Of a DNA stretch of 64,000 bases, positions 12,401 to 25,500 are shown one piece after another. Every line of letters starts with the position of its first letter. The stretch's first letter is position 1. Under the pieces are notes generated by a model. The model searched no databases, had not been told where the DNA came from, and saw only the letters and a program-made list of their open reading frames with translations. The position numbers and the translations under genes are program-made. The stretch is taken from positions 5,208,001 through 5,272,000 of the forward strand of contig OZ176053.1 of NCBI GenBank assembly GCA_964247055.1. The letters run 5' to 3'. Source of the DNA: Paragordius varius (taxonomy: Eukaryota; Animalia; Nematomorpha).

Positions 12401-15400
12401 TTTTAGCTCTTTCAAAATGATTAAACATTATTCGAAGTTAACTAAATGGAAACATCAACGAATACAATATAAAACACACCGTTTCAGTAAAAATGAAACA
12501 TATAGCAAATTGCAAAAAATGCAAAACCAATATTTTTTTAAAAAATAAAAACTATTTTTACCTTGATTTTTTTCATAACCTATTGTTTTGGGTAAACTTA
12601 TAAATAGAAATGTATGTAAATTGGTAACACACTTTATTATGTAACAATTATAAAAAAATATCAACCATCAAAAAAATATTGTCATGTTCGTAACATATAC
12701 TTTGTTTGTTAGTTTTGCCTTTATAAATTTAATTTTTTTAGCTTATGATATATGATATGATATAATATACCCATTTTTTGGAGCAGTATCCGTAGTAGAC
12801 AAGCATTATTGGTAACGGTTGTTAGGGCCCGAGCAAAATTTTCATCATTGTTGATGGGGAGCAGATCTCCATGCAACGGATCCGTGTAACAAATCGTAAA
12901 AGGCATCTCATTCAAAACAAACGTTTCTTGGAGCAATTCTCGGAACCGGGCAAATTTGGTGCATTCCGATTTGTGGAGAGCGAACCGGCGAAATTCCGCG
13001 TAAAACTGTGTTGTAGAATAAGCAAAGTTTAAAATGTGTAAAAGTTTTTTTGTGCACATATTTACATTATATTTGTCGCGGTCATTTTTACACTCCGATA
13101 TCTTATTAAGATAGACCCCTTGGTCCTCAAATCAGTTCTTTAATAACTATAAACTAATCATCTTATGCTGATAATTTTTGGCACTTTTCCGGTGTTTAAA
13201 GTATACCTTCCCACAATCATTAGTTTGTGGGTAGTTTAAGCGTTAATGTGACAAAAATAATACATAGGTTGGAAAAAAAACTAAATTATTATGTAGTTTT
13301 AATCAAAATAATTTCATTTTTTTAAAAATAATGCGAATCATGAACGATGTTTTCCCACAATCGGGTGAAATGGGAATAGGTGTCAATTGTATATTTCTAA
13401 CGAGTGGGAAATTGTACGCATATATTTTTACATATATTATCGAAAAGATTGGATAATATTATAATGTATGTAATATCTTGACAATTTTAACAATAAAAGA
13501 AAAAACCGAATTAATTAAATTAATCGGTCAATATTCATACTAATCTAAAAGATCTAAATAGTGTATGCTAGTAGTTAACTAAACAAAGAAAAATAAATAA
13601 ATAAAGAATCCACTTTAGGTTGTCGGGCCATCAAGTTTTCAGACAACATTATAATCACTTTACTTTATTTAACAAAAAATTATTGCAATATTTAATGTAA
13701 TGTTTGTTAAACTTTTTGATAATGTTTGACATACATTAGGCATTATAAATACAAACACCAAGTAAGAAAACCCCAAACAAAAAAAGATGACAAGGTCTCA
13801 AAAGTCAAAAACCATAAAACTATAATCGAGACACTATATACATACGATTGGATAGATAAGCATTTTCAAAAACATTCTAATTTAATCCCCTTCATCTTAT
13901 AATGATTAAATTTGATTAATTTAATATTTCTTACATTCTTCATAGATAGCTAAAAATAAATTATTATTAAATAGTAAAATATTATTATGCACTAAAAAAA
14001 TAAGGGTATAGGCTAAAAACCCTAAATTTACATTTGTTGCAAAATACGAACCATAAAAATTAGCAACGTTCACCTTTTCAAAAATAAAAAAAAAATACAT
14101 TCAAAAAGTATGAAAAATTTTAATTTATTTTTTATGACTATTACAAGTAGTATTCAAACTACACCAGCCATTTGGGATTTATAATGAATATGAAATTATA
14201 TGTTTTAAGAGAAACTTTAATATTCAAAACATAAAATCAAAAAAATTATTTTAAACAAAACTATCAAATTCATCCAAAATTTAGCTGCGTAAAATCCAAA
14301 ATAATTTTAATTTATTTATAAACACTATATAAATCAAAGGATTATATCGATTTTCATAGAAAAAAAATATCTATAAAATTAAACAATTCGAACTCCTGGA
14401 GTGCATGTTTCCTAAAACCGAGTTTCAATTTATAATTAGTTTTGAATTTAATAGATCTATGGATTTTAAAATTAATGAGTAAAGTTTATTTGATTTAAGA
14501 AAAATTAAAAAGGGCCAAATTGAGAGAGACAGGTTACCGATAAAAATGTTACCGCTGATAAGTGCGGTTATGGCTATCAAAAAAAACTATCAATTAAAAT
14601 CAAATTTTTGTACCATTTTTTTAATTTTTAATTAATTTAGACCCCACTTATATTCTTTTCTAATTACCAATTATTTAATAATATAGCTCTTTATTATATT
14701 AAGAATCAAATTAAATTGAGATAGATACAAAATTATAATTTATATGGAATTTAAATTTTAATTTAAGGGTTTCAGTTTAGATTAAGATAACAATAAATTA
14801 CAATATGAAATATTTTAACAACAATTTTGTATCTAAGGGAAATTATAATATCAACCAGCAAAAAATGATTAAATATTATTTCAAAAACAGGTTTCTCAAA
14901 ATATATAGCAATATACTTATTAATAAAAAACAATAAAAATATTTTATAAAGGGTTATCCTAAATATCCACCGGTATAGTTATTTATGGGTGTTGGCCTTT
15001 TGATAAGCTTTTTCCCTAACATCATATTTATCACATGAGTAATAAAATAATCTAGATTAAACAATTGATAAAAATTTAATTACGAACCAACCCTACCCCC
15101 CTTTGATTAGCATGTATAAATACTAAACCAAAAATCAATATGCCAACATGTTTTTAAATACTACATCCTGTTTCTATTTTTATAAATTTATAGAATATTG
15201 GATTTTAAACCTATCTTTTTATAAAATTTATATTATACATATCCTGTTAATATCCCAATAATATGTAACACGTTTAATGTATTTTTTTTACAAATTTTTT
15301 TTTACGATTTTCCATGATGTTAAAATAATATTTACACCCATTTTTCAAATTTTTATTTGAGAAAATATTTCTTTTGTGAAAATAATTAAAGTTTAAGTTA

Positions 15401-16349
15401 AACAGAATAGGTTAAAAAAATTAAATAATTCAATTTAATATAGAGTTAAGAGGATTGATTTTGGCTGATGGCGCAATGCTTTTAAATTTTTCCAAATAAA
15501 TATTTATCCAATGCATAAAAAACCAAGTTTTTTTAAAAAAATTATATTGATTTTAAAATTTGGACAAAATTAAAAATTATAAAAAGTTCCTAAATATGAA
15601 TGGTTAAAAGAAAGTTGGTAGTTATTAACATATCATTATACAAGTTCTGATAGAATTTTTATTCCTCACATTAAAAATGATAAATTATACTTTTATCGAT
15701 TGATATTTTTTTATTTTGATCTCTAATGAGTTGATTGCTAACTAAATAGGTATACATAAACGTTTCATATATAATACAAAAATCGCATGGAATAAAGAAA
15801 GAGCTTGAGAATTCAGTTATGCTAATTTAAGTGATTACATAAAACTACTATTTATGGAAAAAAATTTTATTATTTTTACATAACTCGCAAACATTAATAT
15901 ATGTAAAGCATATATGAAATATAGTATGTTGTAGGAATCATTTTTATGAATACAATTATGTATAATGTAAGCACCGCCTATATAATGCAAATTTAAATTT
16001 CTCTAAGCATCGATATAAAACAATGAAATATAATCTAATAAAGAAAAGTATGAGATATTTAGACTTATAACTTTCCATAAACGAGATAACTGAAGCATTA
16101 ATGATAGAAACTACAAATATAATTGATTAAAAGCATGTTTATGTTAAAAATTAAAATGATTTGATATTTGTATGACAAATAAATAATCTAATATGTAGTT
16201 TGAAATAAAAAACTATATCTTAAATATCAAACACAAAAAGTTACCAAAAAAATAAATTAAATATAACATGGAATATATACCTTAGATTTAACTTCAATAA
16301 TATCTGGATCAATGAATTTCCTACGTTTGGATTTGCGATAGCTCGACAT
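4835..16349 (-). CDS. par-6: Partitioning defective protein 6 (Par-6) homolog: PB1, semi-CRIB and PDZ domains; spliced gene
   Basis: Manually assembled exons, all GT-AG with consistent phases: 16349-16281 ([23 protein letters not shown]), 13005-12771 (FYAEFRRF...[24 protein letters not shown]1), 10469-10164, 9838-9437 ([17 protein letters not shown]...RRVRLVK, CRIB and PDZ betaA), 6239-6019 ([10 protein letters not shown]...[10 protein letters not shown]...GKTLDQ), then 5590 (VTDMMIAN...) either to the stop at 5189 (544 aa, ends RVKL) or to donor 5201 plus terminal exon 5077-4835 (621 aa). Motifs match Par-6 family consensus; the terminal exon choice is uncertain. Confidence 0.95.
5059..5142. 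repeat. 42-bp tandem duplication spanning a par-6 3' splice acceptor
   Basis: TTTCGTTTATGTTTAGATTCTAATA(C/G)AAAATAAATATACAAT twice (5059-5100 and 5101-5142), one mismatch. Confidence 0.95.
6394..6421. repeat. (TA)n microsatellite
   Basis: Directly visible. Confidence 0.95.
7295..8060. mobile_element. Foldback element with long imperfect inverted arms, par-6 intron 4
   Basis: CCAATTTGATCGGTGAGTTTGCTGA (7307) versus TGAGCAAACTCACCGATCAGACTGG (~8029-8053); ~7370-7520 pairs with ~7740-7890 (ACATGCTTCCCAAGCAAT... on both arms). Confidence 0.75.
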
Positions 16350-16427
16350 TATAACGGTGCGAACATCTCAGGTAAAAAGGGATGGATGATTTACATATGA
16401 TTTAATTTTTGAGTACCTTAAAAAAAT

Positions 16428-17014
16428 TTAACACTTGGATACAATACATTTCTTTTAGTCCTTCGATTCAAATTGGGGTAGTTAAATACCCCAGGCCTTT
16501 TTAAAATTAAATTCTTCAAAAAATATGGAAGGAATCGAAACCATGGCAAAATTTTGCACTTATATAAAATTAATAAACCGAAATATATAAAAAAATTTAT
16601 TCAAAAATAGTTGATATTACTTATTTTAAGCTAAGATCGAAAGGTAAAAATTTGGTCACCGTGACATGTGTGCACTGGTAAATATGAAAAATAATACAAA
16701 ATAAACCACTTTTTCTATTTCTATCAATGTTAGATGTAACTTAAATAAAAAATTAACTTTAATTTTACCCTTAAAATTAAATGAAGACTATATTTTGCAA
16801 AATTTTTGTAAAATAAAAATGGCGTCGAAATAGTTTGAGATGGAATTTTTTTTAAAACAATATTTTATCAAGATATTTTGGCATATTTATATAATATTTA
16901 TCAGGATAGAAGCATATATTTAAATTGGGACCGTTTCCTTAAGTAGTTTTTAAAAAATTTAATTTAAATTTAGTCTGGGGTATTTAGATACCCCAATTAG
17001 AATCGAAGTGTTGA
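16428..17014 (+). mobile_element. piggyBac-like TTAA MITE (family A) copy 1
   Basis: TTAA-CACTTGGATACAA...TTCGATTCAAATTGGGGTA at the left end; ...TACCCCAATTAGAATCGAAGTG-TTGA at the right end. Confidence 0.85.
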
Positions 17015-17565
17015 AAGATGAATATAACACATTTATTTCAATCTTTCGATTCAAATTATGGTAATTCGATACGTCGGACTTGTTTAAAATTTAATATTTT
17101 AAAAAATATGGAATCAATTAGAACCCTGGCAAAAGTTTGCATTTTTACAACATTAAATAACCGAAATAGAAAAATTCAAATACTTGATATTACTTATCGG
17201 GAAGTAAGACGCAAAGGTAAAATTTAGCCAACATGACATGTGTGCATAAGCTAAATATAAAAAAAATATTCCACTTTTTCAATTTATATAAATGTTTAAT
17301 GTTGTTTTAATAAAAAGTAAACTTAATTTTAGGCTTAGAATCATGTAATTAGTTGCAAAAATGTTGTAAAATAAAGATGGCGTTCAAGTAGTTTAACGAA
17401 CTTTTTTTAAAACTTAAAATTTAGATATTTTGGTCTATTTATATAATTTTTTTAAGATAGAAGCATAGATTTAAGTTGGAGTCGTTTCTTTCAGTATTTT
17501 TTCAAAAATATCAATTTTAATATTGTCCGGTGGATATGAGAACCCAATTTGAATCGGAGTGTTAA
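17011..17565 (+). mobile_element. Family A MITE copy 2 (diverged), head-to-tail with copy 1 and sharing the TTAA site
   Basis: Degenerate long end begins at the TT(G)A of copy 1; ends GAATCGGAGTG-TTAA at 17562-17565; internal sequence alignable to other copies. Confidence 0.75.
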
Positions 17566-18096
17566 AGCCGCATATTATTAATCAGCTGTTTAATTAAATC
17601 GTGTTTTGGACTTGCATTAATTTTAAACCCTAGAAGTTACAAAACTATGAAAATATAAGTTTATCTCATACAGAACATTGTTTGATAATTTGTTTTAACT
17701 AAAATAACTTTCAAAATAGTAGTTTATTTAATGCTCTGGGTTATAAAACTATCCCAATATGTCATCTCGGAAAAAAAGTAAAAAGGTCATAGGGTGTTAA
17801 ATTATGAATAAAAAGGTAAATAATTGAATATTATGGTTAAAATTTGTATATAATTAGCTTTTGAAAGCTTTTAAGTTATAATTTCCATCAAATTTTTAAT
17901 AATTATTGATTTTATGGAGCTATCTAAATTTTGGACTCTAAAAGTTAAAAAACTGTAAATATTCTTGACTTATTTATCTATCACATGAGAGAATTATATT
18001 TTAACCAAAAAACATTTAAAACAGTGCTTACTAATTTAAGGGGGTCGAAAAATACCTAATTGTCATCGCGCATAATAAATAAATTGTAATGAAGTG

Positions 18097-18608
18097 TTAA
18101 CACTTTGATTCAAATTGGGTTATCTAATACCCCAGACAGTTTTTAAGTTGATCTTTTCAAAAAATTACTGAAAAAACGGTTCAATTTAAATTTATGCTTC
18201 TATAAATAAAAATTAGTATCTAAATAAAATTTAGTTTTGAAAAAACGGTTTTATTCAAACTGGCCATTTTTATATTATTATATCCTTTTTGCAAAATATC
18301 GTGTTCATTTATTTTTAAAGGTAAAATAAAAGCTAATTTTAATAGAAACAGAAGAAGTGGTATATTTTTATTATTTTTACATTTAACTTAACATGTAATG
18401 TTGGCTAAATTTTTATCTTTGGGTTTTGCCTCTGAATCAGTAATATCAAGTATTTTTTAATAAATTTTTTATATGTTATATAAGTGCAAACTTTTGGAAT
18501 GGTTTCAATTTATTCCAAGTTAAAATATTGTATTTTAAACATACCTGGGGTATCTAACCTCATTTTGAATTAAAGGACTGAAATAAATGCGTTGTATCCA
18601 AGTGTTAA
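18097..18608 (-). mobile_element. Family A MITE copy 3
   Basis: TTAA-CACTTTGATTCAAATTGGGT ... GTTGTATCCAAGTG-TTAA; TTAA on both sides. Confidence 0.85.
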
Positions 18609-19051
18609 CAGGTCTGGAAATAGATTCTGATAGATAAAATCAATAATTACATGATATCTTTTTGGGGCCATACGAGTATTATTAGCTTGGTATTACCACA
18701 TTGGTAACTGCTCCATAAAATGACAAAATATGCGTATGTTTTGCTAATTCAAAAAATCACTTAAATATATTATATAATAAACAAAACAGTATTTTAATAA
18801 GATTTAGATTTTATGAACCTGCTTATGGACAAACTTTTAAGCTAAAATCACAATAAATTTTTTTAAATATCTGCTAACATCAAAAAATATTTTTCCGAAA
18901 AAATTGGTTTTGCTTTAGATTTTAATTCATAGCAAATTTTGGTGAAGCGACTTTTAATGCATTTTGAAGCATGGTGAAATGGGTATACCTTTAATATATA
19001 ATAAAACACATTCCTATGATGCTAAACATATCTATCATCTCAGATTTTTAA

Positions 19052-19548
19052 TTAATACATCGATTCAAATTGGGATATTTAAGACTATATTTAAATTAAT
19101 ATTTTTAAGAAAACTGAAGAAAACGGTCTCAATGTAAATTTATCTTTTATCCTAATAAAAATTATATAAATAAGCCGAAATATCTTATAAAATTTATTGA
19201 AAGCTCTACATCAAACAGCGATGCCATTTTTATTTTACCACATTTTCGCTAAATATCATGTTTATTTACTTTTAAAGCTAAAATTAATAACATTGATAGA
19301 AACAGGAAAAGCTATTTTTTATTATTTGCTAATGCACACATATCATGTTGAATAAATTTTATTGACCTTAAATAAATATGTATTTTGAATGATTATTTTA
19401 TGTATTTCAGTTTATTAATGTTATATGAGCTCAAACATGTGCGATGGATTTAATTCCATCCATATTTTTTGAAGTAATTAAAGGCCTGGGTTATACTAGC
19501 CAATTTGAATCAAAGGGCTGAAATGATTGTCTTGTATCCAAGTGTTAT
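19052..19548 (-). mobile_element. Family A MITE copy 4
   Basis: TTAATACATCGATTCAAATTGGG ... CTTGTATCCAAGTG-TTAT. Confidence 0.8.
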
Positions 19549-20008
19549 AAAAACTTGTATGCAGACAAAATTAAGTTATAAATAAGTACTGTTTTTTCCA
19601 GAAAATGATTGTAAATTTGAGGTCAAACACATTTTTAAATCAAATATCTGAAGGAAAAGTTTAGAATCAATTAATTATATAAAAGTGTTTTTGTAACACA
19701 TGCTCAAAAATGCCTTATCTCACTTCACCAAAATTTAGCAATAAATTGATTTTTAAAGCAAAGTATCCATCTTTTGGAAAAATCTGTTTTTGATATTAAT
19801 ATTTAGAAAACATAAATTTGCGCATTATAGCTCTTTTTACGCTTAGTTTACACAGGATCCAAAACCTAGGAATATTATATATATTCCAATAGAAAAACGA
19901 TCAGGATCATGTTTGGTTTTGGCCCTTACAAATGATTAAATAAAGTTATTTACACTTTTGTGGTAGCTACTTCTTATATCACAAAATGGTAAAATATGGC
20001 ACATTTTG

Positions 20009-20534
20009 TCAACATTTGTATTCAAATGGGGTATCTAAATACCTTACATTTAATTTGGTATTGTTAACAAATACTGAAAAAAGGTCCCAATTTAAATTGC
20101 TTCTATCCTAGATAAAAATTATATAGCCAAATCTAAATAAAATTTGCTTTTGAAAAAAAAAGTTCCCTATTAAATTACATGGACGCCATTTATATTTTGC
20201 AACATTTTTGCAAAATATCTGATTTATTTTATATTCTACAATTTAAAGCTAATTTATATTTAAATGATATCTAATATTAATAGAAACAGAATAAGTGGTT
20301 TATTTTATTTCTAAATTTTGCTAATGCACATATGTTATTTTGACTAAAAATTTGGGTTTTACTTTAAAATAAGTCATATCTAGTATTTTTGAATGAATTT
20401 TTGATATTGGGTTTATATGTTATATAAGTGCAAACTTTTCCAAGGTTTTAATGTCTTAATATTTTTATTTAATTTTTAACAGGCCTGTGGTATCTAACTA
20501 CCCCAAAATAGAAAGAGTTCTATCCATGTGTTAA
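20009..20534 (-). mobile_element. Family A MITE copy 5 (diverged)
   Basis: TATTCAAATGGGGTATCTAAATACC ... CAGGCCTGTGGTATCTAACTACCCC...TATCCATGTG-TTAA. Confidence 0.75.
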
Positions 20535-20605
20535 ATAAATTTTTTTGGTGAAAGGTAAATTTTTCATATTATAAACTGCATATAAAAAGCAAGGGGCTAG
20601 TTCTC

Positions 20606-21102
20606 TTAACACTTGGATACAACACATTCATTTTAGTCCTTTGATTCAAATTGGGGTAGTTGGATACCCCAGGCCTGTTTGAAATTAAATATTATAAAGA
20701 ATATGGAAGGAATTGAAACCATGGCAAAATTTTTCACTCAATAACATTAATAAACTAAAATATAAAAAAAATCCAATCAAAAATACTTAATATTACTTAT
20801 TCAGAGGTAAAACCAACAAGTAAAAATTTAGGCAACATGAGATGTGTGCATGAGCTAAATATTAGTTTTAGCCTTAGAATCAAATATGATATTTTGCAAA
20901 AATGTTTAAAAATTAAAATGGCCCCGAAGTAGTGTGATATGGAACTTTTTTTTAAAACCAAATTTTATTTAGATATTTCGGCTAATTTATACTATATTCA
21001 ATAGGATGGAAGTCTAAATTTATATTAAGACCTTTCTTTCAGTAGTTTTTTAAAAATATCAATTTAAAAATAGCCTGGGGTATTTATACATTTGAATCGA
21101 AG
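20606..21102 (+). mobile_element. Family A MITE copy 6
   Basis: TTAA-CACTTGGATACAACACATTCATTTTAGTCCTTTGATTCAAATTGGGGTAGTTGGATACCCCAGG; right end partly eroded (...TTTGAATCGAAG). Confidence 0.85.
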
Positions 21103-21128
21103 CTAAATTTTGGTTATAAATTTAATAC

Positions 21129-21422
21129 ATAGCAAAATTTTGGTGAGACGAATTTTATCGTATTTTGAAGGATGGTGGAAACGGTATAAGGCTAAAGGGG
21201 TCCACAAAAACACTAGCTTTTCGAAATATCACCTCAGAATTAATTATATCTTTGGTTTTTAAATTAGAGGGAAATTTTAGAAAAAAACAATTTACTTTAT
21301 AATAATTTGTAAAAGTAGAACATTTTAATCAAAATTTTGAAGAGTGTCTTATATCACCTTTTATATCGTTTCCACCATCATTCAAAATATAATAAAACTC
21401 GCCGCACCAAAATTTTGCTATA
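21129..21422. repeat. Inverted pair of a further dispersed repeat (family E)
   Basis: TAGCAAAATTTTGGTGAGACG...GATGGTGGAAACG (21129-21191) versus its reverse complement at 21357-21422. Related copies at ~18890-18990, ~19710-19790 (inverted, flanking family A copy 4) and ~55090-55170. Confidence 0.6.
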
Positions 21423-22566
21423 AAATAATTTTAAAGCAAAATATCCATCTTTTCGGCCAAAATTTAGGAAATATTTCAAATTTTTATCGCGCAAGTTTGG
21501 CATTTTCCGTTTATTTTAAGAGAACAAGATTTTAGAAGGGCGATTGGTGAATTTCAAAGCCCAAATCTAAAAACTAAACTTTCTGAAAATATTGTTTTGC
21601 TTTTTTACATGTAGTTTATGATATAATTTAGTGTTATTTTTTGAAATGCAACCTTTAACTTTTACCAAAAAAAGTTTACTTTAACAACTTCAAATTTTGC
21701 CATTTTCCGATATGGAGCAGTTACCCAAAAAGTGTAAAAAACTTAATCAATCTTAGGGGCTTAAACCCAAAGCTTTATGATAATCCTGATAGATTTTACT
21801 ATCAGAATGTATATATTTCATCAGAATATTTTTAGGACGTTTTGGAGTAGTATAGGATTTTGCCAGTGGCATACTCAAAGGGTGGGTCAAGGGGTAGCAT
21901 TATGCGCTCCTTGCTACAAATGGGTTCCGACTAACGCAATAATCAAATTTAATCGCACAATTCAAAGAGGATACCGCTCTATTCCTACAATAATGTTCAA
22001 GAATCAACGAATAACTTTGTATCTTGTGTCGGATGAAGTTATAAGTACATTTACGGTACAGCTATTAAGGCGAATTTTATAACCAAGTAGTTATGCTGGT
22101 TTATGCGATTTATAGTGATCGATTTATACTTAAATTGTGAGAAATAAACAATAGTGGCACGGAAAAAGACTGGGTGCTCTGGATCATATGGATAGATACA
22201 GAAAAGCAAAAACTGGTAAAACGCAAGCTAGAGCCAAAGGCACCATAACAGAGTTTTAGGGGGAATAGATTATTTGCGTACTGTTCTCACTAGTAATACT
22301 TGTAATGTTATAATTATAATATAGTATATATTTATTTATTTTTCATAAATTAATCTAAAATTCAATTAATTTACCGGGTTTAGGGCAAAATGTTTACGTT
22401 TCAGTCTTGTATTTTAATTTGCATAAAATATTTGCTTTTCGAATATTGAATGCAAATACTATTTCAAATAATATATTTTAAGGTAGGACTGCATATATCG
22501 AAAATAAATAACAAAATGCATTCACAAAAAAATCATTTTTCTCTAAAAAAATATAGGTGCTACAAT

Positions 22567-25500
22567 TTAAATTCTAATATCTTCATTGTCAAAATTTATG
22601 GTAATCATTTTTTCAAGGGATCCTTTGTTGGATAAGGGCGTCGTTTCTGTAGTAGCATCAGAGAGCATGGTTGAAAGTGAGACAGCCGAAGTCTGTTTAC
22701 CCGGTAATTGGGTGGCAAAAAAATTAATGTTTGAGGAATCATCAAAAGACAAAGATGGCTGCAATTTTATAATAGATTTCTTCTCTGGCAACGCATTGGA
22801 TGTACGATCCAATAGTTTTATTACTTCCTCAGTAGAAAAGGGTGGATGTTGTTTATTAATTGTCTTGGCGCTACCTAATTATTAGAAAATATAAACTGTT
22901 ATTAGCAATGTTTGTTTTAGGTAGAATGCTATTTTTAATCAACTGATTGTATATAGGATGAAATAAAAGGAAAAAAATCATTAAATACCAAATTATTTTC
23001 CATTTTTATTGCCAAATCAATAAAATTATACCATTTAATATGGTTGCGGGTATATCATGTGTGGATCCATCATCCTCCCATATAATGTCTGAAACCAATT
23101 TTGTTTTTACAGCTTTCGATCCTGAATCAGTGATTGCTTTTGGCATAAAAGTCACATCTGGTTCTGATTGAAAAATTAATGGTTCTCTTTCTTCGCTTAA
23201 GCGAGGTAATTTAGATTGTAAATGCGGTTTGTCAAGTTCTATCAAAAAATTAGTAATTTTTTATATAAAAAATTTGTGGATATTTAATCATATCTGGTTT
23301 AATGTTTTGTAATTTCTGATTAAATGTCATAATATGATAAGTATTTTATCAAATTATAATGGTTAATTTTATCGCACAATCAATAGAATTAATACGTTTA
23401 TAGGGATTTGCAATAGTATTTTTAAAAAAATATAAATAAAACTATAATTTTATAATAATCTGAAGTTTGGTTTTAAGAACCTAGAGATTTTTTAGCGATT
23501 GATATAGGTGATGGTTTTAGGATGCCAGTACTCGTTCCACTGCTGGTCTCGTGACCAGATATTGGTGAAGACGGTGATTCGCTACTTGGTGTAATTTGTT
23601 CTTTCTGTTTATTCAAGGCATTTATGCGTTTCCGTTTGTTACTCGTTCTATAATAAAAAAGAATTTTTGCATGAAGGAAGTACAAAAATGAAAAATAATG
23701 TGATATACCTAAATTTATCCATGGTAGATGTTGTACGTTTGGATAAGCGGTTACGTATGAAACGAGAAGAATTTTGCAGCAAATTGTTTATAGGTGCCAC
23801 ATCCTCCAAGGACTTCTTGATTGGAGAAGCAATATCAGTGGATTGTCGCTTTTTAATATATCTTGACCCAAGTTTTTTTAGAGTGTTAGTGGGGCCCATT
23901 TTACTGCGTTCGCGCCAACTTTTATAGCCAGGAAGATGTCGATTACCCAATTTCATATTCTGCACCTTCATACTTTCCAATTGTTCATACATGCGTTTTA
24001 ATTCAGCCTTTTCGAATAGACAACAACGGAGAATGTGATATAATCAAATAATATAAATATTAATACGTTTATTTTAGAGGCCTTATTTGTTTAATTTTAA
24101 TTTATATTAAATTTGTTAACATTAAATTAATTAGCTATTAATGGTGAAAACAAATTAAATTTACCCATTTATAAATTAGTTTTACTTAAACCCAGGTAGA
24201 GCATCAAATATATTAGGCTTTTATTTTTTATGAATTATAGCTAACGTGCAATTAAGGATTGCCAAATAAGTGATATATTAATTGAAAATGTTTATCCTAA
24301 GAAATAGTAAGGTGTATAAACCGACATATCCTGGTCCTTTAGATTTGGACTGCTTCCCCCACCTTCACTCGTTAATTGGCCTACCCCTCCAGCAGTACCT
24401 GCTGGCGCTCCACCTTTGCCCTTCAAGAACTTGGCTTTAATGCCCGTTACATTATCCATTGATGAAACTGATTTATTTCCCATTCCTTTGTATATGGCAT
24501 ACATCTAGAGTAGATGGATTACAAAGATCGAATACGTTATCAAAATCCTCATAATATATATATATATATATATAAACAAAAATTATTAAACCCGAAAAGA
24601 ATTTCTCATTATTAGATTTACAAAAAATATGTGGAATAAATTCAATTATGTAATTATGACCAAAACAAACGCTGTTAATTACAGGATAATGAAGTATCCA
24701 AACCACAAGTTACCTAATTATTTTTAAGATATTATTTATAAATATAACTCCAAAATCTTATAAAAAAATTAAAAATAATTTTGTAGGTAAAAATTAAAAC
24801 CTTTATCCCAAATATCAATCCCAATAATGCAGTGGTTGTCAATTGGCAATGTACAAATAATATTATGTATAAAAGATCAGGATCTCCATAGGTTTGTAAA
24901 AAAAATCTAGATAAAAACAGAACAATAATACAGAATTAAATTTTGGTAAAATTTAAAAATCCATAATTTTAAAACATTTTAGTTAATTTTTAACTTTGAA
25001 GGTAATTTTTTGGACCTTTCTCATAGTAGGTTTTATCCTAAGCCTATTAGCAATGCTTTATCCAAACAAGATTTAGTTGCATGATAAGAAAGTTAAACAA
25101 ATAGTTACTAATTAAATAAGATTATAAAATCCTAAAGTAAACCTGACACCTTGTTTCAAACATTGATTTATGATTGAGATAAATTTAGCATATTAATAAA
25201 CAATATTTAACTCACAATGAGATGTTCAGAAACAAGGACAACAAAAATTCGTTGTAAATAGCCATTGAGATGTATTTGCTTTCGTTGAATTCAGAGGGAG
25301 CCTTTCGGACATCAAAACTCAATTTAATGCCCCACAATAATATTGCCAGTTCAACTAAAAAATGTATTAATTTATCATTGTATAAACTAAATTTTATAAA
25401 AGTGTCTTATATAAAGAGATTTGGATTAAAGGCAAAAGAAATATACATGTAGGTGAAAGAGAAAAGCAAATATCCTTATTTTCTAAAAAACAAGTGAGCA

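Noticed and set aside
13210-13231. Small hairpin CCCACAA-N8-TTGTGGG in par-6 intron 1
   Set aside because: A single 7-bp stem with no context; within chance expectation.
17018-17227. ORFs inside repeats (17018..17227, 2926..3159, 33521..33824, 34475..34774, 60006..60465, 61790..61972)
   Set aside because: They fall in non-coding MITE or Helitron copies, and the frames are not preserved among copies.
21866-22260. CAGTGGCATACTC start (hAT-like TIR) followed by GC-richer sequence and ORF 21777..22082
   Set aside because: No matching right TIR or TSD found and no convincing transposase motif; may be a TE relic or part of the GPCR 3' UTR.
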